This document shows positions 30,931-39,933 of a DNA stretch of 64,000 nt, piece after piece. The translations under genes and the position numbers were made by a program. Each line of letters starts with the position of its first letter. Position 1 is the stretch's first letter. The stretch lies in the NCBI GenBank assembly GCA_963663495.1, contig OY760427.1:2524040-2588039 (forward strand), in the 5' to 3' direction. This DNA comes from Rhodothermales bacterium. GTDB lineage: Bacteria; Bacteroidota; Rhodothermia; Rhodothermales; Bin80. A model generated the notes under the pieces. That model saw nothing but the letters and a program-made list of their open reading frames with translations, searched no databases and was not told the origin of the DNA.

Positions 30931-32658
30931 ATGTGTTATTGTAGGCTGGCGGTAGTGATAGTGTTCGTGCTGGTGGCAAGTTGTGACAGTGTGTTCGAGC
31001 CAGACATTGGACCTGCACAGTCCGAACATGTCGGTAACGTCCGGCTGTGGTATCAGGAAGCCATGGGCACCTCAAGTCTTGGCAAGGCGGCAGTGGACAG
31101 CACGGAGCTGGCAATTCTTGCTGCACTTGTACGAGAATATCCGCCCGACTGGCAGCAGGCAGTGGCATGGGTGGACGCGGATGGTGGGGTCCATGTAAGC
31201 ACCGTACTTGGATCGGACAAACCGGCTGTAAGCTTTTCTGATTCGAGTGTGTCAGTTGTACGTACCTTTATTGCCGACTTGGATGAAGCAGGAGAGGTAG
31301 AGGGGGCGAGACTGCTTGAGTTTGCCAATGTCCAGAAGCTGGACCCTGCTGATTTTGTGCAGTACCTGGCCATGTGGCTGACAGGCGACTTTGGCGACCT
31401 TACGATGCTTGTTGCAGAGTACAGTATCGGATATGCTGCTAAGCAGGCGGTGTTCTTTAGGCCCGGCAGCAGTGCTGCTGAGCCTGTAGCACTGTCTTTG
31501 GAGCAGAGGAAATCGGCTGGCAAGGCTCCGCCGGATGGTGTGTGGATGTGTTATGTATCGGAATTCAAACGTGGTTGGGAAATCTGCATAGAAGATGTGG
31601 AACCAGGGTTGGGCAAGGTCGGGTGTATTGAAGGCCCTGCCGAGATTGAGTACACATGTATCTATTTCCCTGGTCATAGCGGTGGCGGAGGAGGATCGGG
31701 TGGCGGCCGTGGTGGAGGAGGTGGAGGAGGTGGAGGAGGCGGAGGAGGCAATGATGACGATGACAACGATGACGAGACCAAGCAGGTCGTTTTTGCGCTG
31801 GATTGCGATAAGACCGTAACTCGCGGTAACAACGGCAGCTGCACCGTTACCGCCACGAAAGAAGACGAGCTGGTTGACCTTAGTCAGTACACCTTTAAAT
31901 GGACATCCTCAACAGGTGCAAGCCGTTCCGGCAAAGGTCTTTACACTTGGGGTGGCATCGCGACCGACAAGACAACCGTAAAGGTAGATGTCAGCGGATT
32001 CAGCGATTCCAAGAAGATCAAAGTGACTGCAAGGTCGAACTGGCGTTCAAAAGCAGTACGGGCAGATTGGGTCTATTCAAACAGGTATCCATATGATGGA
32101 TTCTACGAACTGTTTAACAAAGCCTCGCAAGTTCCAGCGCCGGGGGCAGGAACTGGACCTTGGGCGGGGCGATTCTACATGAAGGACCCGCCTGAAGTGC
32201 ACACGACGATACATATACACCACAAATTCGCCCAGTCGGGCCCTGCCTATCCGGGTGCAAATGACACCTGCGCGCGATCATCCACATTACGGGAAAATGA
32301 AACCCACCGGACTGTCAATAATCGCTGTGGCACATCTAAAGAATTGGAATCATATTTCCACATGGTTTTGGCACACGAGCGGGATCACGAGGCCGGAATC
32401 AACGAGTGTCTTACGTCCAGCTCAAAGGCGAAGGACACGATGAAGAAATTAGAAAAGACCGTTGCCAACAGCAGCGCCGACCTGCAGGATAGTGCACAAG
32501 ATTTATGGGAAGAGTTCTATGATAATTCACTGACACAGTCTGGGCTCTCGGGAAAATCCTATGCAAGCCTTGACGAGCACTTCTGGCACTACGGCATTAT
32601 CGGATGGAAGCTCGGTTGGGTTGTAATAGCTACGGAGAAATTAGTTGATAATTGTTAA
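30931..32658 (+). CDS. Lipoprotein with Gly-rich linker, Ig-like middle region and C-terminal HExxH (zincin-like) domain
   Basis: Lipobox VASC, poly-Gly/Asp linker at 31678-31785, AHERDHE motif. Function is inferred only. Confidence 0.65.
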   Translation: MCYCRLAVVIVFVLVASCDSVFEPDIGPAQSEHVGNVRLWYQEAMGTSSLGKAAVDSTELAILAALVREYPPDWQQAVAWVDADGGVHVSTVLGSDKPAVSFSDSSVSVVRTFIADLDEAGEVEGARLLEFANVQKLDPADFVQYLAMWLTGDFGDLTMLVAEYSIGYAAKQAVFFRPGSSAAEPVALSLEQRKSAGKAPPDGVWMCYVSEFKRGWEICIEDVEPGLGKVGCIEGPAEIEYTCIYFPGHSGGGGGSGGGRGGGGGGGGGGGGGNDDDDNDDETKQVVFALDCDKTVTRGNNGSCTVTATKEDELVDLSQYTFKWTSSTGASRSGKGLYTWGGIATDKTTVKVDVSGFSDSKKIKVTARSNWRSKAVRADWVYSNRYPYDGFYELFNKASQVPAPGAGTGPWAGRFYMKDPPEVHTTIHIHHKFAQSGPAYPGANDTCARSSTLRENETHRTVNNRCGTSKELESYFHMVLAHERDHEAGINECLTSSSKAKDTMKKLEKTVANSSADLQDSAQDLWEEFYDNSLTQSGLSGKSYASLDEHFWHYGIIGWKLGWVVIATEKLVDNC

Positions 32659-32669
32659 ATGGTGACGCA

Positions 32670-33341
32670 ATGAAGATGAAAACGATGTTGTTATTGTTCA
32701 TCCTGATTCCGGTCGGACTCCGGGCGCAATCGAACGGTCTGATGTTTAAGGACGGCGAATGGCAAAAACCGACGCCTGCTGCGGCTCTACGCGCATTCGA
32801 GGCAGACCCAAACGGCGATTCTGACGATTCCGATAAGCCCATCCTTGCCGTATTGCGCCAACGATATCAAGCGTTCACGGATGAAGAGCTGAACGCACTA
32901 GCCGAGAACCTCGTAGTAATGATTCGCGAAGGAACGCCTGAGCAAGCGTATAATGCGTTTGTTGTGCTGCTCTTTTCTGGCCGGCGACAGTTCGCCCCCA
33001 GTGAAGATACCCCATACGCGGGAGCAAAAGATATATTTATTCGCCTGTACGAGTCAGGCCTGGACAGAAGATCAGAGGGTAAGGGATTTTCCATAACCTG
33101 GAAATCCGCACTGCGGGGTGTTTACTCTGCCGGTGGATACGATTACGTTCGGAACCTGTTCGGAGCGAGTGAACTGCCGCCCCCTTGCCAATATCAACTA
33201 AGACGCCCGGTTGAAAATCCGTGCCCGAATAAGGGCACTTGGTGCGATGCCGGATTGATATTGTTGTCAAAAGAAGACGAGCATGCACCAGACAGCGAGC
33301 TGTGGCGCAGGCGCTGCGGCCAACCTAGGATAGGTTTTTAG
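32670..33341 (+). CDS. Secreted Cys-containing partner protein, copy 1
   Basis: Signal peptide MKMKTMLLLFILIPVGLRA|Q. Starts 11 nt after the lipoprotein stop. Confidence 0.75.
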   Translation: MKMKTMLLLFILIPVGLRAQSNGLMFKDGEWQKPTPAAALRAFEADPNGDSDDSDKPILAVLRQRYQAFTDEELNALAENLVVMIREGTPEQAYNAFVVLLFSGRRQFAPSEDTPYAGAKDIFIRLYESGLDRRSEGKGFSITWKSALRGVYSAGGYDYVRNLFGASELPPPCQYQLRRPVENPCPNKGTWCDAGLILLSKEDEHAPDSELWRRRCGQPRIGF

Positions 33342-33570
33342 GTCCATGTAGGAGATGCTGGAATGCAAGCAGCTGCACTGGTGATGGCCGCATTTATGAC
33401 TCTGGACGCAAACGGACGGCATATTGCTTACGGAGGGCGCAAAGTAAACGCCCACACCTACTTTAATGCTTCGTGCAATCAAGGTAGAACCGAGGGAAGG
33501 CAGACCTAGGCCTACCGTTCAACCGGTACCCCTACTTAACATTGTAATTCATGCCGCTTAGATTGGCGGC

Positions 33571-34809
33571 ATGGTGGTTCAACATCAGAATCTGAAGACA
33601 CTGCGTGCCGCTCCATGTGAGTTGACAGAGGTCATGGAGCAGCATCCTGACGATGGTCGCACAGCGATAAGTCGCCGTGTGAGTGAAACGTTTGGCTTTT
33701 ATGATGCCTTAGGGCGTGTGCAGCACAGCAGTTGTTTGCAGGCGCTCAAGACACTCGAAGCCGAGGGGGCGCTGTCCTTACCTACACCGAAGCGCGTGGT
33801 CCGAAGCACAGTGCCTCGTTTGTTGGACGAACCGGTACCTGCGCCTGTTGGAGTGCCGACATTGCTCAAGGATGTGCGCGGCCTGGAGTTGGAATTGGTA
33901 GAAGATGCCGGGCAGCGTGCGATCTGGAATACGCTTGTGGAGGCCGAGCATCCGTTGTGTGCGCCACGGTTTGCCGGACGGCAGTTGCGCTATCTTGTCG
34001 GGAGCGAGCATGGCTACATCGGAGCGATAGGCTTTGCGGCTGCGGCGCTGTATCTGAAGGCGCGCGACAGATGGATGGCGTGGTCGGACGAGCAGCGTGA
34101 GGACTACCGGGACCATGTCGTGGGTTTGAATCGGTTCCTGATTCGCTCCATGGTGCGGATCAGGAACCTTGCCAGCCATACATTGGGGAAGGTATTGCGT
34201 CGTTTTCCGGAGGATTTTGAGAACCGTTCAAACAGGTATCCATATGATGGATTCTACGAACTGTTTAACAAAGCCTCGCAAGTTCCAGCGCCGGGGGCAG
34301 GAACTGGACCTTGGGCGGGGCAATTCTACATGAAGGACCCGCCTGAAGTGCACACGACGATACATATACACCACAAATTCTCCCAGTCGGGCCCTGCCTA
34401 TCCGGGTGCAAATGACACCTGCGCGCGATCATCCACATTACGGGAAAATGAAACCCACCGGACTGTCAATAATCGCTGTGGCACATCTAAAGAATTGGAA
34501 TCATATTTCCACATGGTTTTGGCACACGAGCGGGATCACGAGGCCGGAATCAACGAGTGTCTTACGTCCAGCTCAAAGGCGAAGGACACGATGAAGAAAT
34601 TAGAAAAGACCGTTGCCAACAGCAGCGCCGACCTGCAGGATAGTGCACAAGATTTATGGGAAGAGTTCTATGATAATTCACTGACACAGTCTGGGCTCTC
34701 GGGAAAATCCTATGCAAGCCTTGACGAGCACTTCTGGCACTACGGCATTATCGGATGGGAGCTCGGTTGGGTTGGAATAGCTACGGAGAAATTAGTTGAT
34801 AATTGTTAA
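33571..34809 (+). CDS. Chimeric DUF4338(IS4)-HExxH ORF, copy 1
   Basis: The first ~220 aa match the IS4 at 41457-42575. From SNRYPYDG onward it matches the lipoprotein C-terminus. Confidence 0.75.
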   Translation: MVVQHQNLKTLRAAPCELTEVMEQHPDDGRTAISRRVSETFGFYDALGRVQHSSCLQALKTLEAEGALSLPTPKRVVRSTVPRLLDEPVPAPVGVPTLLKDVRGLELELVEDAGQRAIWNTLVEAEHPLCAPRFAGRQLRYLVGSEHGYIGAIGFAAAALYLKARDRWMAWSDEQREDYRDHVVGLNRFLIRSMVRIRNLASHTLGKVLRRFPEDFENRSNRYPYDGFYELFNKASQVPAPGAGTGPWAGQFYMKDPPEVHTTIHIHHKFSQSGPAYPGANDTCARSSTLRENETHRTVNNRCGTSKELESYFHMVLAHERDHEAGINECLTSSSKAKDTMKKLEKTVANSSADLQDSAQDLWEEFYDNSLTQSGLSGKSYASLDEHFWHYGIIGWELGWVGIATEKLVDNC

Positions 34810-34820
34810 ATGGTGACGCA

Positions 34821-35474
34821 ATGAAGATGAAAACGATGTTGTTATTGTTCATCCTGATTCCGGTCGGACTCCGGGCGCAATCGAACGGTCTGATGTTTAA
34901 GGACGGCGAATGGCAAAAACCGACGCCTGCTGCGGCTCTACGCGCATTCGAGGCAGACCCAAACGGCGATTCTGACGATTCCGATAAGCCCATCCTTGCC
35001 GTATTGCGCCAACGATATCAAGCGTTCACGGATGAAGAGCTGAACGCACTAGCCGAGAACCTCGTAGTAATGATTCGCGAAGGAACGCCTGAGCAAGCGC
35101 ATAATGCGTTTGATGTGCTGCTCTTTTCTGGCCGGCCACAGTTCGCCCCCAGTGAAGATACCCCATACGCGGGAGCAAAAGATATATTTATTCGCCTGTA
35201 CGAGTCAGGCCTGGACAGAAGATCAGACGGTCTAACCAGGAAAGTCGCACTGCTGGGTGTTTACTCTGCCGGTGGATACGATTACGTTCGGAACCTGTTC
35301 GGAGCGAGTGAACTGCCGCCCCCTTGCCAATATCAACTAAGGCGTTCGGTTGAAAATCCGTGCCCGAATAAGGGCACTTGGTGCGATGCCGGATTGATAT
35401 TGTTGTCAAATGAAGACGAGCATGCACCAGACAGCGAGCTGTGGCGCAGGCGCTGCGGCCAACCTAGGAGATAG
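34821..35474 (+). CDS. Secreted partner protein, copy 2
   Basis: Paralog of 32670-33341 with a variant central region and a 2-nt insertion at the extreme C-terminus. Confidence 0.75.
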   Translation: MKMKTMLLLFILIPVGLRAQSNGLMFKDGEWQKPTPAAALRAFEADPNGDSDDSDKPILAVLRQRYQAFTDEELNALAENLVVMIREGTPEQAHNAFDVLLFSGRPQFAPSEDTPYAGAKDIFIRLYESGLDRRSDGLTRKVALLGVYSAGGYDYVRNLFGASELPPPCQYQLRRSVENPCPNKGTWCDAGLILLSNEDEHAPDSELWRRRCGQPRR

Positions 35475-35711
35475 GTTTTTAGGTCCATGTAGGAGATGCT
35501 GGAATGCAAGCAGCTGCACTGGTGATGGCCGCATTTATGACTCTGGACGCAAACGGACGGCATATTGCTTACGGAGGGCGCAAAGTAGACGCCCACACCT
35601 ACTTTAATGCTCCGTGCAATCAAGGTAGAACCGAGGGAAGGCAGACCTAGGCCTACCGTTCAACCGGTACCCCTACTTAACTTTATAATTCATGCCGCTT
35701 AGATTGGCGGC

Positions 35712-36950
35712 ATGGTGGTTCAACATCAGATTCTGAAGACACTGCGTGCCGCTCCATGTGAGTTGACAGAGGTCATGGAGCAGCATCCTGACGATGGTCG
35801 CACAGCGATAAGTCGCAGTGTGAGTGAAGCGTTTGGCTTTTATGATGCCTTAGGGCGTGTGCAGCACAGCAGTTGTTTGCAGGCGCTCAAGACACTCGAA
35901 GCCGAGGGTGCGCTGTCCTTGCCTGCACCGAAGCGCGTGGTCCGAAGCGCTGTGCCTCGTTTGTTGGACGAACCGGTACCTGCGCCTGTTGGAGTGCCGA
36001 CGTTGCTCAAGGATGTGCGCGGCCTGGAGTTGGAATTGGTAGAAGATGCCGGGCAGCGTGCGATCTGGAATACGCTTGTGGAGGCCGAGCATCCGATGTG
36101 TGCGCCACGGTTTGCCGGGCGGCAGTTGCGCTATCTTGTCGGGAGCGAGCATGGCTACATCGGAGCGATAGGCTTTGCGGCTGCAGCGCTGTATCTGAAG
36201 GCGCGCGACAGATGGATGGCGTGGTCGGACGAGCAGCGTGAGGACTACCGGGACCATGTCGTGGGTTTGAATCGGTTCCTGATTCGCTCCATGGTGCGGA
36301 TCAGGAACCTTGCCAGCCATACACTGGGGAAGGTATTGCGTCGTTTTCCGGAGGATTTTGAGAACCGTTCAAACAGGTATCCATATGATGGATTCTACGA
36401 ACTGTTTAACAAAGCCTCGCAAGTTCCAGCGCCGGGGGCAGGAACTGGGCCTTGGGCGGGGCGATTCTACATGAAGGACCCGCCTGAAGTGCACACGACG
36501 ATACATATACACCACAAATTCTCCCAGTCGGGCCCTGCCTATCCGGGTGCAAATGACACCTGCGCGCGATCATCCACATTACGGGAAAATGAAACCCACC
36601 GGACTGTCAATAATCGCTGTGGCACATCTAAAGAATTGGAATCATATTTCCACATGGTTTTGGCACACGAGCGGGATCACGAGGCCGGAATCAACGAGTG
36701 TCTTACGTCCAGCTCAAAGGCGAAGGACACGATGAAGAAATTAGAAAAGACCGTTGCCAACAGCAGCGCCGACCTGCAGAATAGTGCACAAGATTTATGG
36801 GAAGAGTTCTATGATAATTCACTGACACAGTCTGGGCTCTCGGGAAAATCCTATGCAAGCCTTGACGAGCACTTCTGGCACTACGGCATTATCGGATGGG
36901 AGCTCGGTTGGGTTGGAATAGCTACGGAGAAATTAGTTGATAATTGTTAA
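35712..36950 (+). CDS. Chimeric DUF4338(IS4)-HExxH ORF, copy 2
   Basis: As copy 1. Confidence 0.75.
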   Translation: MVVQHQILKTLRAAPCELTEVMEQHPDDGRTAISRSVSEAFGFYDALGRVQHSSCLQALKTLEAEGALSLPAPKRVVRSAVPRLLDEPVPAPVGVPTLLKDVRGLELELVEDAGQRAIWNTLVEAEHPMCAPRFAGRQLRYLVGSEHGYIGAIGFAAAALYLKARDRWMAWSDEQREDYRDHVVGLNRFLIRSMVRIRNLASHTLGKVLRRFPEDFENRSNRYPYDGFYELFNKASQVPAPGAGTGPWAGRFYMKDPPEVHTTIHIHHKFSQSGPAYPGANDTCARSSTLRENETHRTVNNRCGTSKELESYFHMVLAHERDHEAGINECLTSSSKAKDTMKKLEKTVANSSADLQNSAQDLWEEFYDNSLTQSGLSGKSYASLDEHFWHYGIIGWELGWVGIATEKLVDNC

Positions 36951-36961
36951 ATGGTGACGCA

Positions 36962-37630
36962 ATGAAGATGAAAACGATGTTGTTATTGTTCATCCTGATT
37001 CCGGTCGGACTCCGGGCGCAATCGAACGGTCTGATGTTTAAGGACGGCGAATGGCAAAAACCGACGCCTGCTGCGGCTCTACGCGCATTCGAGGCAGACC
37101 CAAACGGCGCTGACGATTCCGATAAGCCCATCCTTGCCGTATTGCGCCAACGATATCAAGCGTTCACGGATGAAGAGCTGAACGCACTAGCCGAGAACCT
37201 CGTAGTAATGATTCGCGAAGGAACGCCTGAGCAAGCGGATAATGCGTTTGATGTGCTGCTCTTTTCTGGCCGGCGACAGTTCGCCCCCAGTGAAGATACC
37301 CCATACGCGGGAGCAAAAGATATATTTATTCGCCTGTACGAGTCAGGCCTGGACAGAAGATCAGAGGGTAAGGGATTTTCCATAACCTGGAAATCCGCAC
37401 TGCAGGGTGTTTACTCTGCCGGTGGATACGATTACGTTCGGAACCTGTTCGGAGCGAGTGAACTGCCGCCCCCTTGCCAATATCAACTAAGGCGTCCGGT
37501 TGAAAATCCGTGCCCGAATAAGGGCACTTGGTGCGATGCCGGATTGATATTGTTGTCAAATGAAGACGAGCATGCACCAGACAGCGAGCTGTGGCGCAGG
37601 CGCTGCGGCCAACCTAGGATAGGTTTTTAG
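36962..37630 (+). CDS. Secreted partner protein, copy 3
   Basis: Paralog with a 3-nt in-frame deletion. Confidence 0.75.
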   Translation: MKMKTMLLLFILIPVGLRAQSNGLMFKDGEWQKPTPAAALRAFEADPNGADDSDKPILAVLRQRYQAFTDEELNALAENLVVMIREGTPEQADNAFDVLLFSGRRQFAPSEDTPYAGAKDIFIRLYESGLDRRSEGKGFSITWKSALQGVYSAGGYDYVRNLFGASELPPPCQYQLRRPVENPCPNKGTWCDAGLILLSNEDEHAPDSELWRRRCGQPRIGF

Positions 37631-37859
37631 GTCCATGTAGGAGATGCTGGAATGCAAGCAGCTGCACTGGTGATGGCCGCATTTATGACTCTGGACGCAA
37701 ACGGACGGCATATTGCTTACGGAGGGCGCAAAGTAAACGCCCACACCTACTTTAATGCTTCGTGCAATCAAGGTAGAACCGAGGGAAGGCAGACCTAGGC
37801 CTACCGTTCAACCGGTACCCCTACTTAACTTTATAATTCATGCCGCTTAGATTGGCGGC

Positions 37860-39098
37860 ATGGTGGTTCAACATCAGATTCTGAAGACACTGCGTGCCGC
37901 TCCATGTGAGTTGACAGAGGTCATGGAACAGCATCCGGACGATGGTCGCACAGCGATAAGTCGCCGTGTGAGTGAAGCGTTTGGCTTTTATGATGCCTTA
38001 GGGCGTGTGCAGCACAGCAGTTGTTTGCAGGCGCTCAAGACACTCGAAGCCGAGGGGGCGCTGTCCTTACCTACACCGAAGCGCGTGGTCCGAAGCACAG
38101 TGCCTCGTTTGTTGGACGAACCGGTACCTGCGCCTGTTGGAGTGCCGACATTGCTCAAGGATGTGCGCGGCCTGGAGTTGGAATTGGTAGAAGATGCCGG
38201 GCAGCGTGCGATCTGGAATACGCTTGTGGAGGCCGAGCATCCGTTGTGTGCGCCACGGTTTGCCGGACGGCAGTTGCGCTATCTTGTCGGGAGCGAGCAT
38301 GGCTACATCGGAGCGATAGGCTTTGCGGCTGCGGCGCTGTATCTGAAGGCGCGCGACAGATGGATGGCGTGGTCGGACGAGCAGCGTGAGGACTACCGGG
38401 ACCATGTCGTGGGTTTGAATCGGTTCCTGATTCGCTCCATGGTGCGGATCAGGAACCTTGCCAGCCATACATTGGGGAAGGTATTGCGTCGTTTTCTGGA
38501 GGATTTTGAGAACCGTTCAAACAGGTATCCATATGATGGATACTGCGAACTGTTTAACAAAGCCTCACAAGTTCCAGCGCCGGGGGCAGGAACTGGGCCT
38601 TGGGCGGGGCGATTCTACATGAAGGACCCGCCTGAAGTGCACACGACGATACATATACACCACAAATTCGCCCAGTCGGGCCCTGCCTATCCGGGTGCAA
38701 ATGACACCTGCGCGCGATCATCCACATTACGGGAAAATGAAACCCACCGGACTGTCAATAATCGCTGTGGCACATCTAAAGAATTGGATTCATATTTCCT
38801 CATGGTTTTGGCACACGAGCGGGATCACGAGGCCGGAATCAACGAGTGTCTTACGTCCAGCTCAAGGGCAAAGGACACGATGAAGAAATTAGAAAAGACC
38901 GTTGCCAACAGCAGCACCGACCTGCAGGATAGTGCACAAGATTTATGGGAAAAGTTCTATGATAATTCACTGACACAGTCTGGGCTCTCGGGAAAATCCT
39001 ATGCAAGCCTTGACGAGCACTTCTGGTACTACGGCATTATCGGATGGGAGCTCGGTTGGGTTGGAATAGCTACGGAGAAATTAGTTGATAATTGTTAA
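37860..39098 (+). CDS. Chimeric DUF4338(IS4)-HExxH ORF, copy 3
   Basis: As copy 1. Confidence 0.75.
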   Translation: MVVQHQILKTLRAAPCELTEVMEQHPDDGRTAISRRVSEAFGFYDALGRVQHSSCLQALKTLEAEGALSLPTPKRVVRSTVPRLLDEPVPAPVGVPTLLKDVRGLELELVEDAGQRAIWNTLVEAEHPLCAPRFAGRQLRYLVGSEHGYIGAIGFAAAALYLKARDRWMAWSDEQREDYRDHVVGLNRFLIRSMVRIRNLASHTLGKVLRRFLEDFENRSNRYPYDGYCELFNKASQVPAPGAGTGPWAGRFYMKDPPEVHTTIHIHHKFAQSGPAYPGANDTCARSSTLRENETHRTVNNRCGTSKELDSYFLMVLAHERDHEAGINECLTSSSRAKDTMKKLEKTVANSSTDLQDSAQDLWEKFYDNSLTQSGLSGKSYASLDEHFWYYGIIGWELGWVGIATEKLVDNC

Positions 39099-39109
39099 AT
39101 GGTGACGCA

Positions 39110-39763
39110 ATGAAGATGAAAACGATGTTGTTATTGTTCATCCTGATTCCGGTCGGACTCCGGGCGCAATCGAACGGTCTGATGTTTAAGGACGGCGAAT
39201 GGCAAAAACCGACGCCTGCTGCGGCTCTACGCGCATTCGAGGCAGACCCAAACGGCGATTCTGACGATTCCGATAAGCCCATCCTTGCCGTATTGCGCCA
39301 ACGATATCAAGCGTTCACGGATGAAGAGCTGAACGCACTAGCCGAGAACCTCGTAGTAATGATTCGCGAAGGAACGCCTGAGCAAGCGCATAATGCGTTT
39401 GATGTGCTGCTCTTTTCTGTCCGGCGACAGTTCGCTGAAGATACCCCATACGCGGGAGCAAAAGATATATTTATTCGCCTGTACGAGTCAGGCCTGGACA
39501 GAAGATCAGACGGTCTAACCTGGAAAGCCGCACTGCAGGGTGTTTACTCTGCCGGTGGATACGATTACGTTCGGAACCTGTTCGGAGCGAGTGAACTGCC
39601 GCCCCCTTGCCAATATCAACTAAGACGCCCGGTTGAAAATCCGTGCCCGAATAAGGGCACTTGGTGCGATGCCGGATTGATATTGTTGTCAAATGAAGAC
39701 GAGCATGCACCAGACAGCGAGCTGTGGCGCAGGCGCTGCGGCCAACCTAGGATAGGTTTTTAG
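39110..39763 (+). CDS. Secreted partner protein, copy 4
   Basis: Paralog that is 6 nt and 12 nt shorter at two in-frame positions than copy 1. Confidence 0.75.
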   Translation: MKMKTMLLLFILIPVGLRAQSNGLMFKDGEWQKPTPAAALRAFEADPNGDSDDSDKPILAVLRQRYQAFTDEELNALAENLVVMIREGTPEQAHNAFDVLLFSVRRQFAEDTPYAGAKDIFIRLYESGLDRRSDGLTWKAALQGVYSAGGYDYVRNLFGASELPPPCQYQLRRPVENPCPNKGTWCDAGLILLSNEDEHAPDSELWRRRCGQPRIGF

Positions 39764-39933
39764 GTCCATGTAGGAGATGCTGGAATGCAAGCAGCTGCAC
39801 TGGTGATGGCCGCATTTATGACTCTGGACGCAAACGGACGGCATATTGCTTACGGAGGGCGCAAAGTAGACGCCCACACCTACTTTAATGCTCCGTGCAA
39901 TCAAGGTAGAACCGAGGGAAGGCAGACCTAGGC

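Larger units (their letters stand above)
32076..39933 (+). repeat. Tandem array of ~2.15-kb units (HExxH C-domain, partner gene, IS4 left-end fragment); three full units plus one partial
   Basis: The unit start TTCAAACAGG recurs at 32076, 34227, 36368 and 38516 (periods 2151, 2141, 2148). Confidence 0.95.

Noticed and set aside
31678-31785. GGA/GGT/GAC low-complexity repeats as a contingency locus
   Set aside because: They are in-frame triplets encoding a Gly/Asp linker and cannot phase-shift the frame.
33440-33470. GGGCG-N9-CGCCC hairpin as a terminator after the partner gene
   Set aside because: The stem is short and has no U-tract.
32076-39933. CRISPR array or complete DGR
   Set aside because: The units are ~2.15-kb coding duplications. 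No short repeat-spacer pattern, cas gene, reverse transcriptase or template repeat is visible.
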